Shown here: piece by piece, positions 38,850-49,989 of the stretch
How the letters are laid out: the number at the start of each line of letters is the position of its first letter
How positions within the stretch are numbered: position 1 is the first letter of the stretch
From: Rhina ancylostomus
Taxonomy: Eukaryota
DNA length: 64,000 nt
Direction of reading: 5' to 3'
Assembly: GCA_030265395.1 (NCBI GenBank)
Contig: JARFYF010000017.1
Location: 15,839,608 to 15,903,607, forward strand
Notes under the pieces: model-generated
Seen by the model: only the letters and a program-made list of their open reading frames with translations
Databases searched by the model: none
Told to the model about the DNA's origin: nothing
Position numbers and translations under genes: made by a program

Positions 38850-40520
38850 CAAATGGGGTTCCCACTCATACTCTGGCCAGCCCTGGTGTAAAGCTGGGCA
38901 TCGCACATGGGGCCCCCAAACCCTATCCACAGCTCCCAAGGGGCATACACTGGCAGCCAGTGGTTCAGTGTGCATAGAACCAAAGTACGCAAACACCAAA
39001 TGTCACTAGGCGCTGAGGTCCCACCTGACGTGGTGTAGTGAAGGCTGAGCCTGGTCTCGTTGCCACAAAATGTTTCATTCATTTGGACTTAGCTGCATCA
39101 CCCGTCCTTTNNNNNNNNNNNNNNNNNNNNNNNNNNNNNNNNNNNNNNNNNNNNNNNNNNNNNNNNNNNNNNNNNNNNNNNNNNNNNNNNNNNNNNNNNN
39201 NNNNNNNNNNGTCCTTTGTAGAAAAGTTCCTTCAGAAAAATACCTTTAACCATAAGTCTAATCAGGCAATGGTCAGCATGGAACACCCTGTGGGAGAAGG
39301 ACATGTCAGATCCAATGGGACAGCTTCCCGAGCCAACTGTCAAAACCATTTGGGAGAATGCCTCATTGCCAGAACTCACCAACAAACACCAAGACCTCAC
39401 TTGGCTGGCTGTAAGAGGGACCCTCCTGTAAGATCCTCCCTGCATGGTCAGAGTCTCACTGCCCTCGAGTTGGCTGTGTTGGTGAGGAGACAATCACCCA
39501 ACTGTGGGGTGGTGCTCAATCACCTAATTGTGGGGGCAGATACATTAGGGACATTTAAGAGACTCTTAGATAGACACATGAATGATAGAGGAACGGAGGG
39601 GCTATGTGGGAGGGAAGGGTTAGATAGATCTTAGAGCAGGATAAAGTGTTGGCCCAACATCGTGGGCCGAAGGGCCTGTACTGTGCTGTAATGTTCTATG
39701 TTCTAACCTTTTATGGACTGTGTGTTTGCCAAAAAGGTCTCGAAAAGGATGCAAGGCTCACCCTGAGCAGCTGTGTCTGATCCATAGGCTGTTCCCAGGG
39801 GTACACACTGAGGCAGCCACGAACTGCTGCTGGAAGATCATCAACTCAGTGAAAGACGCTCTTTAGTCTGCTCGAAACTTGTGGTCTTCCAGTGCAGCGA
39901 GATATCCTTAAGGGAACGCTGCCAACTGGCACATTCCAGGCTGCAGGAGTACATGCTGAGGGATACAGTGAAGCTCGGTGCAACCAATGCAAAGGCTCTG
40001 TGGGGAATGACTACAATCTAAAGCCGACATTGAGGAGCTGGGTCCCGGGTAACAGCCCCGCAAGCACTTCTGGGGTGTATAGTTCCAGGAGTCCACGAGT
40101 GGCATTGTTGCTTTGTACACAGAATGTAAAAGTTAGTATATTCTGTGTACATAGTTAATGACTGTCATGGTTCTGAGTTCTGGCCCTCAATTTGGCTCCA
40201 TTAATGCCTTGTTGTCCAGCACATGGATTCCATGNNNNNNNNNNNNNNNNNNNNNNNNNNNNNNNNNNNNNNNNNNNNNNNNNNNNNNNNNNNNNNNNNN
40301 NNNNNNNNNNNNNNNNNNNNNNNNNNNNNNNNNNAGTATCCTGACTCCAGTCTTGTATCGGTGTGCCGCATTTGGGTTCTCTGAGTTTGCTCCGGATCAA
40401 TATTGTGACAATGACACTATGTATGTCTAAACATAATGACGCTATGAATGTAAAGCAAGCCATGTAACTTGTATTTCTTCCATATATTTTCCATTAATAA
40501 AATTATTTTTTGAAAGAAAA
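38850..40520 (+). mobile_element. L1-clade Tx1-like LINE, ORF2 C-terminus and 3'UTR
   Basis: CIEPKYANTKCH, SFVEKFLQKNTF, IWENASLPELTNKHQDLTWLAVRG, CCHC knuckle CPRVGCVGEETITH/L.MDC and CCWKIINSVKDAL. AATAAA at ~40496 followed by an A-rich end. Confidence 0.75.
39528..39705 (+). mobile_element. Young CR1 3' tail inserted in the Tx1-like element
   Basis: Nearly identical to 30575-30751 (gatacattagggacatttaagagactcttagatagacacatgaat). Tail gttctatgttcta. Confidence 0.88.
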
Positions 40521-41460
40521 CGCAATTAGTGCCGTTGTGGTCAAGTCGCTGGAATGGGACGTCCCGGCTCAGAGGCGAGTGTGCCGCCTTATAGCTCAGG
40601 ATCTCCGACCTGACACGTTAACTGTTCTTTCTTCCCATTAACTCTCTTGACCTGCTACGTTTTCCCAGCATTTTCTGCTTAAAGGGGACAGATCACCCCC
40701 TCCCCGTCCACTTCAGTGAGGCGGTAGTGTGTGCAAATGCACAGCCTCCCGATAAACTGCGAAGTTGAAATCAGGTGCAGGGCAGGAACCGCGGACGGGA
40801 GGGTCTCCACCGGCTGCAGTGGGAATGCACCAGTTAATGAACAAACCTACTCGGAGCCTGCCCCAGCAGACAACTGTCGATGTGTGCACGACAAACACTG
40901 CAGGGCCATGAAAGGTCCTCGGAGCAGGCTGAACTGGGATGTCTACACATGATGACGCTGTGAATGTAAAGAAAGCCAATACAGTGCGGACTCTGCGTGG
41001 AAACTGGCAGCCACTGAAGCATCGACCGTCTCCAGATATGTTTGTGAACATGTATCGCCGTTGCTGCACGGTGACCTCGCTTTGCTCAATGTGCGAGCTC
41101 ATTTCCCAAGCGTTGTTGGCAAAGGCAATTGAGCGGAACTTGCTCCTCCTCCAGTCTTACCGACGGAAGGTCCCGGGTTTCAAAAGGAATTAGTATCGCC
41201 TTCCCTCAGTTGCATTGGTTGCTGTCGACGTCAGTCTTTTCATTTTGGAGTTCGGTTGTCTGCAGTGATGTGGTGGTGAATGTTGCCGTCAAGGCACTCG
41301 AACCGACAGCCCAGTGCAGGGAGTACTTCACCAGTAATGGTGCTTCAGAAGCCCCCTTGCTTGCACTGATTCCGCAAGAAACCTCACCCAGGCGAAAGAG
41401 CTGGCAATGTAAGTGTGTTTTATGGACAGTTAAGAAATGCTACACTTTAGGTAACGTCTA
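40520..41460 (+). promoter_or_regulatory. CpG-enriched region, probable MEAK7 promoter and non-coding exon 1
   Basis: CpG dinucleotides are clearly more frequent here than in the CpG-depleted rest of the window. ETS-like CGGAA cores at ~41134 and ~41164, CRE-like CGACGTCA at ~41226, and a consensus donor GTAAGT at 41409-41414. Confidence 0.6.
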
Positions 41461-41899
41461 ACCCCAGTGGAGAAATTCCATTGATTGCCTGCATCTGTTT
41501 TTGTCAAGTTTCGAATTAGTATAAAACACTTACTGATGTTTTGCATAATTCACCCTCTGTGAACCTAAAGTTCCTCAAAACTTTACATCGAGTCACATTC
41601 CTGGGCCAACAGTGTCACAACTTGTGCTCAGGTTTAGCCGGTCGCCTTATTCTTCCCCCAGCTTTGTACCTCAGCTGTTATCCTACAGCCCTCTGAGTTT
41701 CTCCATAGCTGGCGTATTCCAAATTTAAATGTACCACCACTGGCAGCCTACCTTCAAGAAGCGAGGCGTGAAATTCTGGAGTTCCATCCCTAAATGTCTC
41801 CACCTCCTGTCTCGATCACTCCTCCAAGGCATTCTTTGAAACCTGCCACTAAGTTATTGTTTAGATGTCCTAACAGATCCTGATAAAANNNNNNNNNNT

Positions 41900-42800
41900 C
41901 ATTGTCACAGGAGAAGGTATAGAACAGTTGGCCTTTTGAAACTGCTCAGTCCTGTTCCTGCTTTTTCCCCATAGCCCTTGTTGCTGCTTGTATTTAGAAA
42001 TCTCTCTACCACCTTGAATATTTTCAGTGATTTCCCCTTCATTGCGTTCTGCGGTAGAGAATTCCACAGACTCTGCAGCCTCTGAGTGATGAAATTTCTG
42101 CTCATCTCAGTATCTTGTCCTGTAGCCCAAGACTCCAACCCTTCATTACAGACCCCGAAACTCACTGGAAACATTCTCCCCATATCCAGTTGGTTTAGCC
42201 CTTCTTCAAGCAGCTTGTTCCATACACCCACCACCCTCTCTGTGGGGAAAAATTGCCCCTTGGGTATCTTTTAAATCTTTTCCTTCTCACCTAATATCTA
42301 TGTCCTCTATTTTTAGACTCCTCTACCCTAAGAAAAAGACCGTGACTGTCCACCTTCTCTATGCCCCTCATAATTTTATGTACCTCTTAAAGGTTATCCT
42401 TCAGCCTCCTACGCTCCAGGGGAAAAAGTCCTAGCTTCTCCTTACACCTCAAGCCCTCCAGTCTCAGTAACACCCTCGGGAATCTTGTCTGTACCCTTTC
42501 CAATTTTGTATACTAACCTTAAGTATGTGAGACTTTATCAAAGGTCTTATAAAAATTCAAATGCACCGCATTCATTGTTCTCCCCTTTTTATCCTGTCAG
42601 TTACATCTTCAAAAAGTTCCATTAGGTTTGTCAGAGTTTGCCTTTCATAAATCCATGTTGACTTCGTCTATTCCCATTAATATTCCTAAGTGTACTGTTA
42701 TCATATTCTTTATAATAGACTCTTGTATTTTCCCTATGACTGATGTCAGGCTAACTGGACTGTAGTTCCTTGTTTTTTTTTCTCTCTCATCTTTTTTAAA
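41900..42800 (-). mobile_element. CR1 fragments in MEAK7 intron 1
   Basis: RNFITQRLQSLWNSLPQ and NVTTLFKK...NYSPVSLTSVIGKI on the minus strand. Confidence 0.8.
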
Positions 42801-44077
42801 TAGTGTCGTTACATTGACTGAAGTTTTACTTGTTTTGTATAGCTGAGTTAGAGCAACAATTATAAGTACAGTTTGAGGCTGGTTAACCAGTTTATCGCTC
42901 TGCATCAGGGTCAATGTCAACAATCCCTTTGCCTCCACAGATAATGCTGCTTGACCTGCTGTTTATCATTTGTTCCAGATTCCACCTTCTGTGGTCTCTG
43001 GTGCCACCATTGAGTTAGTCTCCACAATGGAGTGGTGCATGCTTTGACCAGGTCTGCTACACTCATGTACTGTGGAACTCTTCACATGCTTTCTTGTCTA
43101 ATAAGTGGCTGAAGAAACCCTATTAGCATCTGGATAAGAGTTTTTCATGTATTTTACATCAGTAGCTTCACAACTAGATTGGAAACTAGACATTTACTTT
43201 GGTGGTTTCATCCCACATTTTCCTTAAGGTCTCTGCATAGTTGTGTCAAGTAAGGGCTGGAGTACTTGTGAGAGATCAAGGGTGAAGTGGAAGACTTATC
43301 TGAGGGCCTGCAGGTGGGAAGAGTTTTTAAGGGTAACAACTGTCTCGATATAGCTATGTTATCTGGTGAATGTCTGGGGGAAGGAATGTTGGCTAGTACT
43401 GATAATTACTGAATCAGTACAGATTTCAGTGNNNNNNNNNNNNNNNNNNNNNNNNNNNNNNNNNNNNNNNNNNNNNNNNNNNNNNNNNNNNNNNNNNNNN
43501 NNNNNNNNNNNNNNNNNNNNNNNNNNNNNNNNNNNNNNNNNNNNNNNNNNNNNNNNNNNNNNNNNNNNNNNNNNNNNNNNNNNNNNNNNNNNNNNNNNNN
43601 NNNNNNNNNNNNNNNNNNNNNNNNNNNNNNNNNNNNNNNNNNNNNNNNNNNNNNNNNNNNNNNNNNNNNNNNNNNNNNNNNNNNNNNNNNNNNNNNNNNN
43701 NNNNNNNNNNNNNNNNNNNNNNNNNNNNNNNNNNNNNNNNNNNNNNNNNNNNNNNNNNNNNNNNNNNNNNNNNNNNNNNNACAGGCTGGTTAGAATTGAA
43801 AGGCTAGTTCTAGACCACATCCTTATTACAACAGGGATGTTATCAGGGTCTGTAATTTTTTTTGTTGTTCACATTCATGAGTGGGGAGGTATTTGAGGCT
43901 GAACACCAAGTGCTTCGCTCCGACAGTTGTCGACTTCAGAACTTTTCAAAAAAATCAACATGCATTTAAAGTACAGTTGAAGCAAATAATTGTTTAATTA
44001 AATAAGCAATGGAGCAATCAGCAAGTCACCAAGATCTGTGGAGAGCCCCAATGTTCATAATCACCAATGTTCACTAT

Positions 44078-44386
44078 TAGAGCCTGACAACTGGATCGCA
44101 CTGTAACTGACGGGTTNNNNNNNNNNACGGGTTTGGGTCAGTGTATATTTGGATAAATATTTGGGTTGGTTTAGGCTGTGCCTTGCCTGCCTACCACAGT
44201 ACTTTAACTAGATCAGGAGGATTTGCTTTCTATCACTCCATGTGAGTAGCACGTTTGAGATTGTTGCATTTATGGTAATGGTTGGGTTTTGGAAAGACTA
44301 TGTTCCTAGGCTCAGTCAGGTTTGGATTGGTTCTGGGCAAGTAGGGTTTGGATCAGGTTGTAATTTTACACCCGAGGTCACCTCTA
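44078..44386. mobile_element. Possible hAT-like MITE
   Basis: Termini TAGAGcctGAC ... GTCacCTCTA, with internal (c)gggtt/gggtttgg repeats. No 8-bp TSD visible. Confidence 0.3.
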
Positions 44387-44825
44387 ATTGTTGCTTCAGG
44401 CGCTCTGTTTAACAACAAACACAGACAGAACACTGTAATCTTGTTTTCCTTCTGGTAATCAATGGCACTGCCAATTTCAATAAATGCTGGAAAATCACAA
44501 CTATTGTTAACATCCAGGCTTTAGGTTTTGGGTTCCCATGGCAACAGTGTTCCACAATCTAATGATTGTGACCTAAAGAGAAGCAGTGAAGCTCTTTTTG
44601 AGGAAGGAGGCACCATTTGAAAGTGATAACTACCACAGTTGTGATTGAAGAGGCTTTAAGGAAGCTGATTTGCAGCCTGAAGACCACCTCACAAAAGGTC
44701 TCTCACTGTGGGAGTAAGAGAAAGGTCATGTATCTGAAGCTGAGAGGAAAGGGCACGACTGTTTAAAGATGGGGACTGTTTCTTTCCAGAAATGGAGACG
44801 TGAGCTAGCTGTTTTTAAGATTTTT

Positions 44826-46070
44826 AGAGTCATATAGCCCAGAAACAGGCCTTTCCGTGTCCATGCTAACCATCCAGTACCTATCTATTACTAGTCCCGC
44901 TTTCCAGCACTTGCTCCGTAGCCTTCTATGCCTTGGTGATTCCAGTGATTGCCCAGATCTTCTTAAATGTAGTGTAAGTCTTTGCCTCCACCACACTGCA
45001 TTCCAGATTCTCTGGGTGAAAAATATTTCTTCCTTGGGGCCCCTCCAAACCTCCTACCTCTCGCATTAAACCTAGGCACTCTGGTTTTAAATCTAGCTTC
45101 TCTGGTTTATCTTGCTATCTCTCCAATCTCTGCCTCATAATTTAGTATACCTTAGTAAGGTCCAATCTTCCCTCAGCCTACTCTGCTCCAAGGAAAACAA
45201 TTTCAGCTATGCAGTCTCTTCTCAAAAAGTCAAGTTTATTGTCATATGCATAGGTACATGTATGCACAGGTGCAATGGAAAACTTACTTGCAGCAGCATC
45301 ACAGGCACATAGCATCACATAAGCAGCATTCACAAGAAAAACATAAATTAAGCATAAATTATCAACATTTCTAAAGAAAGAACATAATTAGCACAAAGCA
45401 AAATTTATTGTAGACATAAATGAAAATGCATCATTCCAACCAATATACTGATGAATTTCCTCCGATTCCCTTCAATGCAATCATGTCCTTCCNNNNNNNN
45501 NNNNNNNNNNNNNNNNNNNNNNNNNNNNNNNNNNNNNNNNNNNNNNNNNNNNNNNNNNNNNNNNNNNNNNNNNNNNNNNNNNNNNNNNNNNNNNNNNNNN
45601 NNNNNNNNNNNNNNNNNNNNNNNNNNNNNNNNNNNNNNNNNNNNNNNNNNNNNNNNNNNNNNNNNNNNNNNNNNNNNNNNNNNNNNNNNNNNNNNNNNNN
45701 NNNNNNNNNNNNNNNNNNNNNNNNNNNNNNNNNNNNNNNNNNNNNNNNNNNNNNNNNNNNNNNNNNNNNNNNNNNNNNNNNNNNNNNCCTGCCCATATTC
45801 CAAATTCAATATTGTCCTGTAGCTCTAGAATGCCTTCCCCAATATCAGCAATCCACCAACTTTTATGTCATTTGTAAACCTAGTGATCATTCCTGTTTGA
45901 CTTGCATCCACGTTGTTAATGAATATAATAAAGCAAGGGTCCCAGCACTGGTGCCTGGATCCACCACTGGTCACAAACTCTCCCCTCACAGAAACAACTC
46001 TCCACCATCACCTCTGCCTCCAATACTAATTTTGAATCCAACTTGCCAATTGGACTTGCATTCCATGGGG
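44826..46070 (-). mobile_element. CR1 fragment(s) spanning an N gap, with a different retroposon tail inserted at ~45230-45420
   Basis: tagagtcatatagcccagaaacaggcc tail, ctctgctccaaggaaaacaa (antisense LFSLEQR), and an antisense DDIKVGG region at ~45850-45875. Confidence 0.7.
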
Positions 46071-46718
46071 TCAACATTGGTTCAATTCACAAGGATCCCT
46101 GGTATCCAGCAGCTCTGATGTCATCAAACTGGCTGAGCATCCAATTATAGTGAAGAAATCTTAAAAACTGGACACTAGAAAGAAAAATGCACAATTTTGG
46201 CTTGCATTTTACAAAGTATAATAAAGACTGGAAGAGGCGCAAGGTTAAGATAGAAGCTGAAATTTAAGTATTTTACTTTTTGAAAGTTTTTTTTCAAAAT
46301 TCTTTCTATTCTGTTAAGAATGCATTTGGATTTTGTACAATAAAGATAAAAATTATCAGGGTATTCAAGAGTGGGCCTAGTTCTTTAGTGTATTGGTTAA
46401 ATTAATGGACTAGTAAACAGAGACCTACATGACTGATGGGCAGATTTGAGTTTGAATCCTATCATGGAATTGGGGAACTTATTGGCTTTTTACTCTTAGT
46501 TTATTACTTGTATTATTAGTAAGAGTGTCCACAACACTAGTGGTTGACAACATTCTTTGTTTCTTAAAAAGAATGTCTTGCAAGTATCCTTCTGGGGAGC
46601 AAAACTACTATCATTACCTAGTTGTTGTCCACTCTGAGCTTATAGTTCAGCAAGCCACATAGTTCAAAGGATAATAAGTGCTGGCCTTGTCAGTGTGTCA
46701 CCTACATCTTATGAACCA

Positions 46719-46762
46719 GTGTGTGTGTATTTCATATATATATATATAGAGAGAGAGAGAGA
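46719..46762. repeat. Compound (GT)n(AT)n(AG)n microsatellite
   Basis: gtgtgtgtgt atttc atatatatatatata gagagagagagaga read directly. Confidence 0.85.
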
Positions 46763-46864
46763 ATGTCTCATGATTTAATTTAATTCCATTAAAAGAGCAT
46801 GGCCTGTTTAAGCTTTGGATGTGTGGAAATTCCACTTTTAAAAAGTTTTCTTATGATGTGAGTT

Positions 46865-47480
46865 TCATTGGTAAGGCCAGCATTTATTGTCCATCCTAAC
46901 TGTCCAGTGAAAAGGTGGTGGTCATCCATCTTCTTGAGAGGCTGTTGATCTGGTAGTGAAGGTCACTCAATGTTGTTGGGTGGGGAGTTCCTAGACGCAG
47001 CTCAACAGTGATGAAGAATACATTTCCAACTTGGGGTGGTGTATGACCCAGAAAGGAACCTGCAGGCAATGTTCCCACATGCTCACTGCTCCTGTCCTAA
47101 GTGATAGAGGTTGGAAGTTTGGGAGATGCTGTCAAAGTAGCTTGGGCGAGTAACCGCAGAGTATTTTGTAGATGCTATGGATAACAGCCACTGAGATGGA
47201 GGAACTGAAAGTTTAGGATGGTAGATGGGATGCCAGTCAGCGGTCACTTCATGTGTATCACCAGGTAAGTGGGGAGTATTCTCTCATAACTCCTGACATG
47301 TGCTCTGTAGCTGGTACATAAGCTTTGGACTGTTAGAAACTAAATGCCTCAAAGCAGGAAACCCAACCTCTGATCTGTCCTGGTAACTAAGCTCCTGGAT
47401 GTTAATGGTAATGCCATTGAAAGTTAAGGTAGATATACACTTGTTGGAGATGGCTGCTGTTATTGCCATTGAAAGAACTA
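46865..47480 (-). mobile_element. Old CR1-clade 3' end
   Basis: aaggccagcatttattgtccatcc tail in antisense. Similar decayed copies at ~1290-1470 and ~23555-23720. Confidence 0.55.
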
Positions 47481-48234
47481 GGCATTGGATCTGATTGCTG
47501 TGTTTTTTTTCCCCCACAATCCAGACACTGTTCCTTCATCTACTGATGGTTTCACCTTGCTGAAAATAAAACTTGGGACCACAAACTACTGAACCAAAAA
47601 CAGAACATGTTGGAGAAACGCACAGAAAATCAGTCAGAATCTGAGAGATGATTGAAGTGTTTTAATTTCAGGTCAGGACCTGTAATTTTTCTGTTTTCTA
47701 TCCTAATGTTGCCTGGCCTTCTCTAGAGCTGCAGGATGACTGTTTTTAGTCATCAAATAAAGCATTTTGTTTCATTCAAGTGCTTAGCATTCAAACAAAT
47801 TTCTCCATATCAGGTCTCTGTTTTCTTGGTAATTATTCTTGAATGGTTATCTGCTAATATTATGAGGAATTCATTTCAGTGAAGTAAAGCATTACATTGA
47901 AGTATGTATGATCATATTCTTTGGCTATTTGAAACATGGCTCAGGGTAGAACAAACAGCTCAGTTTTATTGTTGGGATCTATCAGTGGTAGTTACCATTA
48001 CCTCAGAGCCAGAAAGTTATGGTTTCAATCTTAACCTTACCTTACTACCGAGATTGAATCTTGGAATTTTGCATTAAGGTAGTGCTGTATTGTCAGATCT
48101 GGATGAGATTTTAACCCAACTCCCAGTTTAGGTGTTTATATAATTTTTAAAAATGTACACCAGTTTTTTTTTATTTTGGAAGTATACTTTTCTGTTGTTC
48201 TGACCAGCATTCATCCTGCAAGTTCTTTTGCCTC

Positions 48235-49200
48235 TGAAACAGAAAGTCCTAGTTTCAGATCTTGCACCAGACACTTGAGTAGAATGGTNNNNNNNNNNTC
48301 TTGCAGGGCTGAAGGTGGCATGTTGAGGGTGCTGTCTTTTGGCTGAGATTTCAAATGAGAGCCTGTCAGCCCTGTAAAAGACATAAAAGATCCCGTGAGC
48401 CTATTATGGGAAAAAAATCACAGGTGAGTTATCTATTGAGTCCTGGTCAATATTTATCCCTGAATTTCTTGAAGATATTGCAGCTATATAGGACCCTTGT
48501 CAGACCCCACTTGGAGTACTGTGCTCCGTTCTGGTCACTTCACTACAGGAAGGATGTGGAAGCCATAGAGAGGGTGCAGAAGAAATTTACAAGGATGTTG
48601 CTTGGGTTGGGGAGCATGCCTTATGAGTTGAGTGAACTCTGCCTTTTCTCCTTGGAGTGTCGGAGGATGAGAGGTGACCTAATAGAGGTGTATAAGATGA
48701 TGAGAGGCATTGATAATGTGGATAGTCAGAGGTTTTTTCCCAAGGCTGAAATGGTTGCCACAAGAGGACACAGGTTTAAGGTGCTAGGGAGTAGGTACAG
48801 AGATGTCAGAGGTAATTTTTTTTACTCAGAGTGGTGAGTGTGTGGAATGGGCTGCCGGCAATGGNNNNNNNNNNNNNNNNNNNNNNNNNNNNNNNNNNNN
48901 NNNNNNNNNNNNNNNNNNNNNNNNNNNNNNNNNNNNNNNNNNNNNNNNNNNNNNNNNNNNNNNNNNNNNNNNNGGACGTGTTCGGCACAACTTTGTGGGC
49001 TGAAGGGCCTGTATGTGCTGTAGGTTTTCTGTCTTTCTATATTGATTATTATCTCATTGCCGTTTGCAGAAGCTTGCTGTGTACAGATTGACCATCGTAT
49101 TTCTCACATTACAACTACATTTCAGAGATGTATCATTGGAAATAGCTTTGGGAGATATTGACAGGGATTTGTGAGGTACCATATAAATGGAAAACAAATT
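48235..49200 (+). mobile_element. Deu-domain SINE-like element (AmnSINE/SacSINE type), split by a CR1 insertion
   Basis: gctgtcttttggctgagat...aaagatccc...gtcctggtcaatatttatccct before 48465. ttatctcattgccgtttg..gcttgctgtgtaca..attacaac after 49040. Confidence 0.55.
48470..49040 (+). mobile_element. CR1 3' end
   Basis: LQLYRTLVRPHLEYCAPFWS.HYRKDVEAIERVQKKFTRML...RMRGDLIEVYK. Confidence 0.92.
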
Positions 49201-49521
49201 CTTGCATTTGTACTCAAACTACAGATTATCTCAAACTTTGGATATGCAAAGCCATATGTTGGCCTTTTTATTTACAATATCCTTCATGTGTATTGTGCAA
49301 TTCTGAAATGGTGTACTAATCTATTTAATGCCTTAGGATAAATTGTTTCATGGTTTTGTTTTTAAAAGAAAAAGCAGCAACAACAACTATTGATCAGCCT
49401 TTGTTTACAAGAGATCAATTCACTTTACACACTGCAAATAGGGCGGTGCAGGCAATGGACTACATCATCCTTTTTCAAATGTAACTTAGATTTTGGGGAC
49501 CTGGCTTACCTGTGAGGAAAG

Positions 49522-49692
49522 ATGGGAAACTCCGAGAGTCACTCACTACAGGGAGCCTGGCGAAGTCAGTTTTCAGCTGAAGAACGGACATTTCTGAGTG
49601 ATATCTTTGACTCTATTTCTGGATCCAATAACCCTGAAGAAACAAAGGGTGGAAAAGCTCCTAAGCAGCAGTTTACGCTGGCCATGCTAAAG
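49522..49692 (+). CDS. MEAK7: MEAK7/TLDC1 first coding exon (57 codons, MGNSES...FTLAMLK)
   Basis: ATG at 49522 in good context (aagATGG). MGNSES N-terminus fits the myristoylation consensus. Donor AAG|GTAAAT at 49692/49693 (phase 0). Candidate acceptor ttag at 49486-49489 would start the exon at 49490. Confidence 0.88.
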
Positions 49693-49989
49693 GTAAATGT
49701 TTAAATGAGCCTAAGTGGTAAAATTTATTATAATGAAAATAAGCTAATCCTGAGTTTCTCTGCTGAACTTTCAGCGATATTAATGAAGAAACCATCCAAC
49801 TTGTATGTTGCATTAAACCTGCATTTGTTTACAATGCATGGATGTGCTGCTGCTTATCTCTCCTAGTGCACTTGAAATGCAGCAGAACTAAGTGTGCAAT
49901 ATGAACAAAAGTCTGGGAACCAGAGCAGTAGGTCAGCAAGTGAAGGGATCGAAGGGGAAAGTTGAGTTTAGGTCAAGGAAGGCTGAAGG

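Noticed and set aside
40713-41461. Cluster of overlapping 60-130 aa ORFs on both strands
   Set aside because: Expected in GC-richer promoter DNA with fewer stop codons. No recognisable domain.
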